Below are positions 49,330 to 58,350 of a DNA stretch of 64,000 nucleotides, one piece after another; positions within the stretch are counted from its first letter, which is position 1, and every line of letters begins with the position of its first letter. The stretch is from positions 312,029 through 376,028 of the IMG/VR virus record IMGVR_UViG_3300032007_000003. One strand, written 5' to 3'. Position numbers and translations under genes: made by a program. The notes under the pieces were generated by a model. It did no database searches and was not told the origin of the DNA. It was given only the letters and a program-made list of their open reading frames with translations. This stretch comes from a virus. Its lineage: Duplodnaviria; Heunggongvirae; Uroviricota; Caudoviricetes.

Positions 49330-49367
49330 CATGTGGGGTTGATGAGTGTTCATCGACCCCATTTTTT
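49330..49367 (+). terminator. Rho-independent terminator
   Basis: TGGGGTTGATGA-GTGT-TCATCGACCCCA followed by a T-tract. Confidence 0.85.
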
Positions 49368-49472
49368 GTTAAAAAGGGTTAAAATCCCAGAGTTTTTCCT
49401 CAATTTCCTTTGTTAATTCAAAAAGATTTCGTATATTTGCACCATAGAAAACAATTAAAAGGAGATTTAGAT

Positions 49473-49685
49473 ATGAAGAAGTATTGGTTATTAAACGTGA
49501 CTGGTGTCGGTGGTTATTCCATCATGGTACACTGCGAAGCAAACACAATTGAAGAAGCACTCTGCCAAGCAGCAGAAGCAGACCTCTTTGATGATGAAAT
49601 TGATGCTGAAAACGCTTATGGTGAAGAAGCAGATGAAGATTCTATTAAACATTTCAAAGAGCACAATTTGGTAGTTGAACTTTAA
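49473..49685 (+). CDS. Small acidic hypothetical protein
   Basis: Start moved to MKKYW after AAGGAG. Confidence 0.75.
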   Translation: MKKYWLLNVTGVGGYSIMVHCEANTIEEALCQAAEADLFDDEIDAENAYGEEADEDSIKHFKEHNLVVEL

Positions 49686-49690
49686 GAGTT

Positions 49691-50146
49691 ATGGTAGAAG
49701 CAAAGTTAAGAGTTGAAATGTTAGAGAATAGAGAGGGTAGCAAAAACCCATTCTACGGCTCTACATTGGTCAAAAAAGTGGTTGAGGATATTCATATCCA
49801 TGACTTTGACAAACGCAGCGATATTGCCCCTTGTGGTGTTAATGCCACAATCGCCATTGATACTGAGGTGATACTTGGCGAGGGTGAAGAACACTTAAAG
49901 ACAAAGAGAGTGTTTGACATTAGAGTGAATAGGTTCTATTTCGACCATGAGGGTAGTGGCGGTTATCTCGCTTTCTTCTCAATCGAGGAAAAGGTTTATG
50001 AACTCTTTGTAAATTTCGAGGGTAAGCACATCACCAATATTACACTTTCAGAGTGGTTGCAGAGTGGTAGTTTTGAAGATGGTGACGATGCGGATAATGT
50101 CTATAATGCAAAGGATTTTACTATTATCAATATAATAGAAAGTTAG
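49691..50146 (+). CDS. Hypothetical protein
   Basis: Packed ORF. Confidence 0.75.
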   Translation: MVEAKLRVEMLENREGSKNPFYGSTLVKKVVEDIHIHDFDKRSDIAPCGVNATIAIDTEVILGEGEEHLKTKRVFDIRVNRFYFDHEGSGGYLAFFSIEEKVYELFVNFEGKHITNITLSEWLQSGSFEDGDDADNVYNAKDFTIINIIES

Positions 50147-50151
50147 GGAAT

Positions 50152-50301
50152 ATGGAAGAAGCAATACAAGACATCAGAGATTGGGCTGAGAAGTATGGTG
50201 ACGCTGCTTGTCTTAACAGACTACTCGACATCATGGCAGACCAAATGAAAATCGCTGAAGTGAAGAGATTAGCAAACGAAATATGGGAATATAACCATTA
50301 A
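50152..50301 (+). CDS. Small hypothetical protein (49 aa)
   Basis: Hand translation. Confidence 0.6.
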   Translation: MEEAIQDIRDWAEKYGDAACLNRLLDIMADQMKIAEVKRLANEIWEYNH

Positions 50302-50420
50302 ATGTTAAAATGGGTTAAAACGCCAGATAAAATTTGGTTAGTTCAAAAATAATCCGTATATTTACACCACAAGAGAAATAAATAACATTATTAATAATTA
50401 AAGAATAGGAGATTAAAACT

Positions 50421-50969
50421 ATGGCAAAAGAGACAAAGAAAACAACGATTGATGCACGTGTACGTGCAATTGCAGAGAGTGGTAGTGGTAAGGGTGTTGG
50501 TATGCCCAAGTGGTTTACTTTACCGCAGAATAAGGACAAGCGTGACCTCCATATCAACATCTGTAAGAAACTCGCTGAGTTGTCCAACGCACATAACAAC
50601 TACCCCATCACCTACTTGGTGTATTTCGCTGTGGGCAAGAACGCACACCGCCTTTGCACATTCCTTGGTGGTTATGAGAAGATTGACGAGAAGAAAGCGG
50701 AGACTATCTTCAAGTGGCTTACGCTGTTCGCCAAGCATCACAAGAACGAAAAGTTGTTCAAGAATCCCAATGTCGCCCATGCGCTGTGTCGTTTCTACGA
50801 CAAGTATAGCACCAAGACAAAGGATTTCAAGGCCGCTCTCGATGCTTCTGAATCCAACCCCAACATTGACGTGAAGAACGCTAAGATGTCTGTTGAGACA
50901 CTTGGTATCGCCAAGAAAGTTGAGGTTGTTGCAGAGGAAATGGAAATGGCTATGGCTGCTGTCGAGTAA
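50421..50969 (+). CDS. Basic hypothetical protein
   Basis: Own promoter and terminator (TGGTGGGG/CCCCACCA near 50980-51005). Confidence 0.8.
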   Translation: MAKETKKTTIDARVRAIAESGSGKGVGMPKWFTLPQNKDKRDLHINICKKLAELSNAHNNYPITYLVYFAVGKNAHRLCTFLGGYEKIDEKKAETIFKWLTLFAKHHKNEKLFKNPNVAHALCRFYDKYSTKTKDFKAALDASESNPNIDVKNAKMSVETLGIAKKVEVVAEEMEMAMAAVE

Positions 50970-51085
50970 GACAAAGTTATGGTGGGGTGAAATAATCCCC
51001 ACCAACTTTTCTGAAAAAAAAGTGAGATTTTTCTTGGTCAATCCAAATTAATTTCGTATCTTTACATCGTTAAAGCAAAAGAGTT

Positions 51086-51304
51086 ATGGGTACATACGAA
51101 ACAGAGTTGGGTTACATCGTAAGAGAGACCCTTGGTGGTTTGGAAGTCACAGAGGACGATAAGGTCATTTGCACACTCGATGGCAAGACCCTCGAAGACT
51201 ATCGTGACGAGAACGAAAATATTGATGATGATGCACTCGAAGCAGACATCCGTGAGGTGGAAGAAGCAGAGGATTTCTTAGCCTATCAGAAGGAATACTG
51301 CTAA
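51086..51304 (+). CDS. Small acidic hypothetical protein
   Basis: Own promoter. Confidence 0.75.
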   Translation: MGTYETELGYIVRETLGGLEVTEDDKVICTLDGKTLEDYRDENENIDDDALEADIREVEEAEDFLAYQKEYC

Positions 51305-51418
51305 CAAATGTTAATGAGTGCAAATTTCTACAAAAAAATTTGGTAGTTTCAAAAAATTTTCGTATATTTGCATCGTGAAACAATAACAAAGTATTAATAA
51401 TAAAAAGGTAAAAGCAAA

Positions 51419-51592
51419 ATGAGTGGACAGAAGAAACTCAATCGAGCGATTCGAAACAACCGAGTGGTAGCAATGCCCTCGAAGAAGAAAGAAGTGCCGA
51501 TTCTTGACCGAGACGGACAGAACGTTCTTGATAAGGATGGAAAGCCTCAAGTAGAAACTATTCAGCTTTACAAAATCAAGAAGTTGAAGTAA
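51419..51592 (+). CDS. Small basic protein (57 aa, not in track)
   Basis: Hand translation MSGQKKLNRAIRNNR...; own promoter at 51363. Confidence 0.7.
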   Translation: MSGQKKLNRAIRNNRVVAMPSKKKEVPILDRDGQNVLDKDGKPQVETIQLYKIKKLK

Positions 51593-51600
51593 TGATTGTC

Positions 51601-51930
51601 TAACTTACTAAAGAGGAAAGATAATGGAAAGACCTCCGCCCTCATAAGGGATTAAGTTTAGGAATATGTTTTTAGAAAAATTGCCGATAAACTTTAAGGG
51701 GAGAACATTTAAAGGCGAGATTGCCCCTATGCTCGCAAACATCGAAGTGATGATTAGAGACCGACCCTAAGTAAAGAATATTTACCACCTCTACCCATGT
51801 CAATGTGCATGGCTTGGCAAGGTCATAAGACCGAAAAAAATAAATACAAGTAATAGAATATATAGTGAGGTGGGAAGTGCCGCCCCAAGCGTTTGCGCTG
51901 TCTTTGGCTGCAATCCCCCTCACACTTTTA
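51601..51930 (+). ncRNA. Candidate structured RNA(s)
   Basis: Three-way junction at 51602-51658, H-type pseudoknot at 51697-51736, hairpin at 51865-51922. Confidence 0.4.
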
Positions 51931-51933
51931 ATA

Positions 51934-52056
51934 CGCCCTATGATGTGGTTAAGATTGGGATAATCTATAGTAATGCCCTATCAAGACTGACATACGTTGC
52001 ATAATTAAAACGTTCAATGGTTGTGTGATAGATTGATTCGATTCAGTATAGGGTAC
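51934..52056 (+). ncRNA. Candidate tRNA-like RNA with long internal arm
   Basis: GCCCT/AGGGT ends, GATTCGATTC T-loop-like element, CTATCA/TGATAG arm. Confidence 0.35.
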
Positions 52057-52061
52057 AAAAT

Positions 52062-52148
52062 GCGCCCATAATTCAGTTGGTAGAAATCGTGCCGATGTTT
52101 ACATCTTGTGTGCTCGTATGCCGTAGGTTCGAGTCCTACTGGGTTGCA
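52062..52148 (+). ncRNA. tRNA-like RNA or degenerate tRNA without a canonical anticodon arm
   Basis: D arm ATTC-AGTTGGTA-GAA, perfect T arm GTAGG-TTCGAGT-CCTAC, bulged acceptor GCGCCCA/TGGG(T)TGC. Confidence 0.65.
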
Positions 52149-52219
52149 CTTATGCTCGTTTTGCGTTGTGGTAACGCTCTTTGTTTTCCATAATTTGAAT
52201 TGTTAGGTTTTTAGTTTTG

Positions 52220-52260
52220 ATTGGGTGATGTCGTGAGACATTGCCCAATTTGTGTTTTTT
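52220..52260 (+). terminator. Rho-independent terminator
   Basis: TTGGGTGATGTC-GTGA-GACATTGCCCAA. Confidence 0.8.
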
Positions 52261-52334
52261 AACATAAAAAATTTGGTAGATTCGTTATTTTTTCGTATAT
52301 TTGCATTGTAAAACATTAAATAAGGAGATTGATT

Positions 52335-52628
52335 ATGAGAGTTAAGCATTTCGCTGGCTATGGTTCAGTTGAGGTAAAGAAAGTCTTGAAGAAGGCTATC
52401 ATCAACGGATACGGAGAAAATAAGACAAAACTCATTTTGCGTGTAAAAGGTAATCACGAGTGGGGTATTGTTCGTAATGACATCTTTGATGTTAGAGATT
52501 GGATATTCAATAAGTTTGAAAAGAACTTTAATGGTGATGATTATGACATCTATATGGATGTTCAAGACGAATACATCAAGGAAAATGGTATTGATGTTGA
52601 GGTAGCAACTTATACATTTATATATTAA
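52335..52628 (+). CDS. Hypothetical protein
   Basis: Own promoter; AAGGAG. Confidence 0.8.
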   Translation: MRVKHFAGYGSVEVKKVLKKAIINGYGENKTKLILRVKGNHEWGIVRNDIFDVRDWIFNKFEKNFNGDDYDIYMDVQDEYIKENGIDVEVATYTFIY

Positions 52629-52703
52629 AAAGCGTTAAAAAGTTTGGTGGTGTGAAAAATATTCTGTATATTTACACCATCAAATATTAAATAAGGAGAT
52701 ATT

Positions 52704-53507
52704 ATGGCAGATTTAAATTTAGTTGAAAGAGCAAACAAAATTATCACATTCCGTAAGTATATTCGTGAGGAGTGTCGCAAAAAGGGTTTGGAATATCCAT
52801 CAGATGCTAAGATTTCCGAATATATTGCCGATTGTGGTGGTGACGAGTGTGTATATGACCTCAACGATTTCATGGGCGACTATGAGAATAAGATTGGTAT
52901 TTTCAAAGACCCATTCGATGATTTCAAGGCAGAGGTATCAAAGCACGATTGGGTTAAGACTACTGATGAAGAAATGCGTGACTTCATTACAGAGCAAGGT
53001 TACAATGTACGTGGTTTCTTGCGTTGCAAAATCATTGGTAGCTATAAGCCACTGGAGAAAGACATTCTCGTTGCTACGCTCTCAAAGCTGACTACCCCTC
53101 AATTAGTTCAGTTGTGGAACAAATTCATTGAGGAAAGTGCTGTTTATGGCGAGGATTCTTATATCTATGACCTCACCAAGCAAGACGATGTAAATTTGCT
53201 TCGTGGTGGCTTAAAACCATCTGAATGGGCAAAGGTTGTGGGCTTTAAGTGTCGTTATGTGTCTTGGCACAATCTCAATGATGGCAGACTGCTCAAATAT
53301 GACGATGAAGGCATCAAAGGTGTGATTGTTGGCTATTGGAGTGACATTTTCCCTCGTCTCATGGTTTGGAGTGAGTTGTACGATACGATTGGTGAGGGTA
53401 AGGATGGGATTGCTTACTTTGACTTCATTGTACGACCAATCATCTGTAAGTATCTTGGGTATGAATATGACCCACAGAGAGGAACATTTGAGGAAATTAA
53501 AAAGTAA
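52704..53507 (+). CDS. Hypothetical protein
   Basis: Own promoter; AAGGAG. Confidence 0.8.
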   Translation: MADLNLVERANKIITFRKYIREECRKKGLEYPSDAKISEYIADCGGDECVYDLNDFMGDYENKIGIFKDPFDDFKAEVSKHDWVKTTDEEMRDFITEQGYNVRGFLRCKIIGSYKPLEKDILVATLSKLTTPQLVQLWNKFIEESAVYGEDSYIYDLTKQDDVNLLRGGLKPSEWAKVVGFKCRYVSWHNLNDGRLLKYDDEGIKGVIVGYWSDIFPRLMVWSELYDTIGEGKDGIAYFDFIVRPIICKYLGYEYDPQRGTFEEIKK

Positions 53508-53794
53508 ATTCACTATGTTTGGAATATTTCTGCTTTTCTGTATGGCTGTTATGGTGTGGGACATTACAAGTGACCCACACTATACCACCAAAATGAAAGA
53601 TTTGGAGGAGGATTAAAAATGGGTTATAATAAAGAATTGGCATCTGCTTGTCACCTTTTGTTTGCTTATGCCTCAGAGCATAAAGAAGATAAAGAGCTTG
53701 AGGCAATAGCAAATAAGTTTGATAAAATTCTATACAATAGAAAATAAATCCATAATAATTTGGAATTGTCGATATTTATTTATATATTTGCAAT

Positions 53795-54082
53795 ATGAGT
53801 ACAATAGGACAGAATTTTAAACAAGCAATCAATAATAACTTTAAGCATAACATGATTAATCGTGATGCTGAAAGTATCTTCACTGCTCTTAACATTGGAG
53901 TTAAGGATAGTGATAACATGGTTGTGCTTCCAAAGGTTGAAAAAATTGAATTAACTAAGATTGATGACTTACACGATAAGTTATCATTATCTTGGGATGA
54001 CTATAAGACAGAGGGAGTAATAACATGGAGACCATCGAAAGTTGAAAACTCAAAAGCAATGGTTTTCTGTAATATCGAGTAA
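53795..54082 (+). CDS. Hypothetical protein, probably leaderless
   Basis: ATG 5 nt after -7 box. Confidence 0.75.
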   Translation: MSTIGQNFKQAINNNFKHNMINRDAESIFTALNIGVKDSDNMVVLPKVEKIELTKIDDLHDKLSLSWDDYKTEGVITWRPSKVENSKAMVFCNIE

Positions 54083-54158
54083 GTTTTTAATGAAATTAAA
54101 TAATTTTTTCACTCCCAATGTCCGTGATGGATGGTTTGGGAGTGTTTTTTTTATATGA

Positions 54159-54242
54159 GCCACGGTGGGGAAACTAGGTTAGACCCAGCAGACTTAAAAT
54201 CTGCCGCTGTAAAGCATCCCAGTTCGAATCTGGGTCGTGGTA
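54159..54242 (+). tRNA. trnL: tRNA-Leu (TAA), CCA not encoded
   Basis: Acceptor GCCACGG/TCGTGGT, anticodon arm GCAGA-CT-TAA-AA-TCTGC, long variable arm, T arm CCCAG-TTCGAAT-CTGGG. Confidence 0.93.
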
Positions 54243-54389
54243 CATAAATTTAATCTCCTTTTTCAAGTGGGAAATGTTAAAGATTGTTAAAATCCAGACA
54301 TTTCTCACTAATTTTTTTGGTAGATTCATTATTTTTTCGTATATTTGCATCACAAATAAGAACAATTTAAAAGAAAAGGAGATTAGATT

Positions 54390-54638
54390 ATGAGAAAGTA
54401 TCAAGAAGAAATTTACAATGCCCTTGTAAGCAAGAAAAAGGCTTGGGGTGGTAGTAATTCAGTTGTGAACACTGATAAGAATATCACAGAGGTATTCTAT
54501 TATGGCAATAGAATTGCGGTTATTAACCACAACACTAAGAGCGCAACGTTTGACAACTGCGGTTATACCAATGCTTCTACAACAGCACGTATCAACGCTT
54601 GCAAGATATATTGCGACAATTATGGTTACACCTATTAA
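54390..54638 (+). CDS. Hypothetical phage protein
   Basis: VFYYGNRIA...GYTNASTTARINA; own promoter. Confidence 0.8.
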   Translation: MRKYQEEIYNALVSKKKAWGGSNSVVNTDKNITEVFYYGNRIAVINHNTKSATFDNCGYTNASTTARINACKIYCDNYGYTY

Positions 54639-54651
54639 AGTAGATTGAGTT

Positions 54652-55095
54652 ATGGTATTCGATAGAAACATAGAGTTAAAAGAAAAGCAAGAAAAGTTGC
54701 TTGCTGAACTCCGTAAGATAGTTGGTAGGGGATTTGTATTCTCCGAAGCCTATTTAAAGCAATGTAACTGGGAAAGTAATCGCATTGGTGAGGGAGAAAG
54801 ACAATTTGGCAAAGTAACCAAGAAATACGTTTATGTGCCTTGCAGAGCGATTTATACTACAAATGATGATGGCACGGAGTATGGCGCAAAGATTTTGAAG
54901 TATTCTGTATGCACAACGCAAGGGAATACAGATAAGATTGCATTGGAAGACTTATATGTCAAGGATTTGGAAAAGATTATCAATGACATTAAGTTTGCTA
55001 TTTGGTGGGAGAAAGATGTAAGAATGAAGAAAATTGAGGCTGAAATGGCAGATTGCCAGAAGTATGTGGATTTATTTGATAAATTCTTGAAATAA
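54652..55095 (+). CDS. Hypothetical protein
   Basis: Packed ORF. Confidence 0.75.
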   Translation: MVFDRNIELKEKQEKLLAELRKIVGRGFVFSEAYLKQCNWESNRIGEGERQFGKVTKKYVYVPCRAIYTTNDDGTEYGAKILKYSVCTTQGNTDKIALEDLYVKDLEKIINDIKFAIWWEKDVRMKKIEAEMADCQKYVDLFDKFLK

Positions 55096-55304
55096 TAAAT
55101 AGATTCATTATATTTATAGTATATTCCAAGGGAATTATGAGGGATTCCCTTGGATTTTTAAGGAGATAACCTTTTTAAATCAATAAGGATTGGTATTGGG
55201 GAATGCCAATCTTTATTTTTTTTTTTGAAAATTTCTTCAGATTTTCTTGGTCAATTCAAAATAATTTCGTATATTTGCATCGTAAACAAATAAAGAATAA
55301 GATT

Positions 55305-55700
55305 ATGAGTAATTCAAAAGTTAGAAAGCAGTTAGAAGCACGGAGTAAGAATGAGAAGTTGTTGGAAGCCTACAAGAAAAAGGCTGACCTCATCCTCAAC
55401 TATCAGATGTGCAAAGCATACTATAAGGATAGTGGTCTTTCTATCCTCGCCATTGTAGAGAAAATCTTAAAGATGAAGTATAACTTGCCTTGGCAAGAAA
55501 AACTGATTCGTAAGGCTCTAAATGAGGCGAGAGGTAAGACAAATGCAACTATCACTATTCCTCAGTTTAAATATGAGAAAAAGGTGCATGATATTCTTGC
55601 CGAGTTTGTTGAAAAGAACTTGAATAAGATGGCACGAGAGACATCTACAAGGGGATTGTACCCACTTGCATTTATCGATATGGTAGAGAAATTTTCATAG
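55305..55700 (+). CDS. Basic hypothetical protein
   Basis: Start moved downstream of promoter 55270; terminator GTGGTGACTAGG/CCTAGTCGCCAC follows. Confidence 0.75.
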   Translation: MSNSKVRKQLEARSKNEKLLEAYKKKADLILNYQMCKAYYKDSGLSILAIVEKILKMKYNLPWQEKLIRKALNEARGKTNATITIPQFKYEKKVHDILAEFVEKNLNKMARETSTRGLYPLAFIDMVEKFS

Positions 55701-55873
55701 TCGTAATCTTTTTTGTTTTTGGACGTGGTGACTAGGTAATCAATCAAAGCCTAGTCGCCACTTTTTATTTAAAAAAATGTTAAAATCCAGATTTTTATAC
55801 GAAAAAATTTGGTAGATTCGTTTTTTTTCCGTATATTTGCACCACAGAAAACAATTAAAAGGAGATTAGGAAT

Positions 55874-56593
55874 ATGGAATTAAGTGAGATTAAAGCAATT
55901 GTTACGAACAACTACTCAAAGCAGTATCGTGCTCATGTAGTTAATGGTGGCTCTAAGGTTGTTCGCCTTTGGCAGACAGATGATGGACGTATTGCCATCA
56001 TGAGCAAGGGAAGAAAGAAATATGGACATGAGTTATCATTATGGTACGACCATTATGACGAGTGGACAGATTTACGTCTCGTTGAGCACAAGGAATTTGA
56101 CTACTACAAGCGTTTCGTTAAGCGTGCTAATGATGCCTTGAAGATGCTGAATGAGAGTGGTTTGTGGACAGACATCAAACAGAGTATTGAGCATTTCTTT
56201 ACACTTTCAGAGGCTGAACAGAAAGAATTGATAAACGACATTATAACAGATTCTTATGAATTGTTTTATAGTGAAGTTTACAAAGAAAATGGTAAGTATG
56301 CCTGGGTGCATAGTTATCAAGTATTTGAAGCCTTTGTGAGAAAGACGTGTTGGAAGTCTATTGCATGGCACAGATGGGAACGTGAGGAAATGAGCAAGCG
56401 AGTTGCTGAGTGCATCAAGAATGGTGGCAAGTTTTCAAGACGTTGGGAAAATGGCTATGATAACACAGTCGAGGTTGCAAATCTCAATGGTGAGAAACTT
56501 GCATGGTATTCAGAGGAATACAGAGGTTGCGGAAATGGACATTATTACTTGATGTTTGATGCTACTCATGCAATATTCTATGAGGACGATTAA
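55874..56593 (+). CDS. Hypothetical phage protein
   Basis: C-terminal WYSEEYRGCGNGHYYL; own promoter. Confidence 0.8.
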   Translation: MELSEIKAIVTNNYSKQYRAHVVNGGSKVVRLWQTDDGRIAIMSKGRKKYGHELSLWYDHYDEWTDLRLVEHKEFDYYKRFVKRANDALKMLNESGLWTDIKQSIEHFFTLSEAEQKELINDIITDSYELFYSEVYKENGKYAWVHSYQVFEAFVRKTCWKSIAWHRWEREEMSKRVAECIKNGGKFSRRWENGYDNTVEVANLNGEKLAWYSEEYRGCGNGHYYLMFDATHAIFYEDD

Positions 56594-56680
56594 AAAAGGG
56601 AGAAAAAAACTCCCTTTTTCCTTGGCTATTTAAAATAAATTCCGTATATTTACATCACAAAACAATTAAAGATTAGAATT

Positions 56681-57070
56681 ATGGAATATACAATGAAGAA
56701 AATCGGTAGCAAATATCCGAGCAACGCTATCCTCAAGGAAATGTATCAAACCATTATGCTCTACATTAAGGGCAAAGGCAATATGTTTGCCATGACAGAG
56801 AAGTGTCGGCAGTATTTCACTTGGGGTGCAAATGCTTTCAAGTATATCGTCTCAGAAGATGGCTGCTATGGCATTCAGTTCAATGTAACTGGTCTGCTTC
56901 ACAGAGGTCGAGTAAGAATTTACTACAATATCGGTTCTGATTATTTCGATGTTGAATTGCTCCGTGCAAGGAAAGATGAAATGGTTTGGGGTGCTGAAGA
57001 TATTGATTTTGAGCAACTGCATAACATTCTTCATCGGCACATCGAAAGAACTGATGATGTAGAATGTTAA
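56681..57070 (+). CDS. Hypothetical phage protein
   Basis: GIQFNVTG..HRGRVRIYYN.GSDYFDVE; own promoter. Confidence 0.8.
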   Translation: MEYTMKKIGSKYPSNAILKEMYQTIMLYIKGKGNMFAMTEKCRQYFTWGANAFKYIVSEDGCYGIQFNVTGLLHRGRVRIYYNIGSDYFDVELLRARKDEMVWGAEDIDFEQLHNILHRHIERTDDVEC

Positions 57071-57137
57071 AAACGTTAAATTGTTTGGCGGAATGAAAAT
57101 AATTCCGTATCTTTACATCACAAAACAATTAAAGATT

Positions 57138-57536
57138 ATGGCAGATTTAAAGAGTTTTATTAAGAAGTGGGATGGTCGTACCTTAGAGGACGATGGTGAG
57201 TATATATCAAAGGAATTTCATTCATTCCAAGTGAGTTTCTTTAACGCAATGAGAAAGATTGCTGCATCCCTTGGTGGTGAGGTTGTTAACCCTTGCTATG
57301 GTCATTATGATATGTGTGGCTTTGTTAAGAGAGGCGACAAGTATGTGTTCTTTAACTATTCCAATGGTTGTGGTCGTGGCGGCAGAAGTCACGTTGCATT
57401 GAAGAACGATGGCAATTGGCTCACTCCAATGTATTGTAGAACAGCCAAACACGATAAGGATTGGACTGGTGGAAGCAATAACAATTGCTACTTTGAAGAT
57501 TGTGAGAGCGTTATCGAGAGACTATTAAATTCTTGA
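57138..57536 (+). CDS. Hypothetical phage protein
   Basis: GHYDMCGFVKRG..YVF; YCRTA.HDKDWTGG.N; start moved to MADL. Confidence 0.8.
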   Translation: MADLKSFIKKWDGRTLEDDGEYISKEFHSFQVSFFNAMRKIAASLGGEVVNPCYGHYDMCGFVKRGDKYVFFNYSNGCGRGGRSHVALKNDGNWLTPMYCRTAKHDKDWTGGSNNNCYFEDCESVIERLLNS

Positions 57537-57538
57537 TT

Positions 57539-57661
57539 ATGGCAACATTACATATATATTGGGATGATGATGTAACCGTTGAGTTGCGTTATTTCCCATC
57601 AGAAAAGAGTGCAAAGCAATACGCTAAACGCAATGGTGTTGTAGATTATAATATTGATTGA
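57539..57661 (+). CDS. Micro-ORF (40 aa)
   Basis: Hand translation. Confidence 0.55.
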   Translation: MATLHIYWDDDVTVELRYFPSEKSAKQYAKRNGVVDYNID

Positions 57662-57715
57662 ATTGTTAAAAACGTTAAATTGTTTGGTGGAATGAAAATA
57701 ATTTCGTATATTTAC

Positions 57716-57970
57716 ATCGCTTAAGAGAAATAAACGTGGGTCAAAAAACTGCCAATGTTCTGCGCAGATTGGTAGTGGTGGTGCAAGTTATGGTATTTGT
57801 GACGATAATCCGTCTTGTACGATAATTTTCAAGTTGCATCACATTTCCCACATTTTATAAGATATAGGGCAAGAATGTGTTGAAAGATGGGATTGGGTAG
57901 CCATCGCAAAGAGGGGATAAGGATTGCCCGCACGAAAGCAAAATCAAACCCCCCATGTCTTGTCTTTTTT
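57716..57970 (+). ncRNA. Candidate structured ncRNA with its own promoter (two domains)
   Basis: Promoter at 57707, no ORF, multiple long stems, T-tract at 57965-57970. Confidence 0.65.
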
Positions 57971-57997
57971 GAATGATTTTTCAATCAAATCTCCTTT

Positions 57998-58034
57998 CCG
58001 ACCTCCAAGTGTTAAAAAATTGCACTTGGAGGTT
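57998..58034 (+). terminator. Hairpin/terminator
   Basis: ACCTCCAAGTG/CACTTGGAGGT. Confidence 0.75.
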
Positions 58035-58110
58035 ATTTTTATACGAAAAAATTTGGTAGATTCAAAATAATTTCGTATATTTGCATCAGAAATAAAAAAG
58101 ATTAGAGATT

Positions 58111-58350
58111 ATGGGAATGTTTTGTAACAATGACAAAAAGCACTACTGCGGAAGATACAAGGGTATTGATGTATGGCAGTATGGTAGCATGATAGGAAAT
58201 AATTGGTATGGTGATTTCTATGTTACCATTCCGAGGGGAGCAACAAAGCGGAACATGAAAGTTAAGGATAGTGTGTGCCGTTCTCTCGATGCCGTTAAGG
58301 AGTATATTAACAACCATTTGGAAGAACTTAAAAAGGAGAGCGCAAAATGA
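58111..58350 (+). CDS. Hypothetical protein
   Basis: Own promoter. Confidence 0.75.
   Translation: MGMFCNNDKKHYCGRYKGIDVWQYGSMIGNNWYGDFYVTIPRGATKRNMKVKDSVCRSLDAVKEYINNHLEELKKESAK

Noticed and set aside
50449-51041. Overlapping ORFs 50449-50874 (+) and 50520-51041 (-)
   Set aside because: Alternate-frame and antisense shadows of 50421-50969 caused by codon bias; no promoter or start context
49410-57138. Extended N-termini in the track for 49410, 55203 and 57081 (also 26533)
   Set aside because: The extensions run through the promoter module; downstream ATGs after the TSS were used instead
57866-57966. c-di-GMP-I riboswitch
   Set aside because: Only scattered tokens match, the GNRA-capped P2 stem pairs poorly, and no CDS lies under its control before the next terminator and promoter
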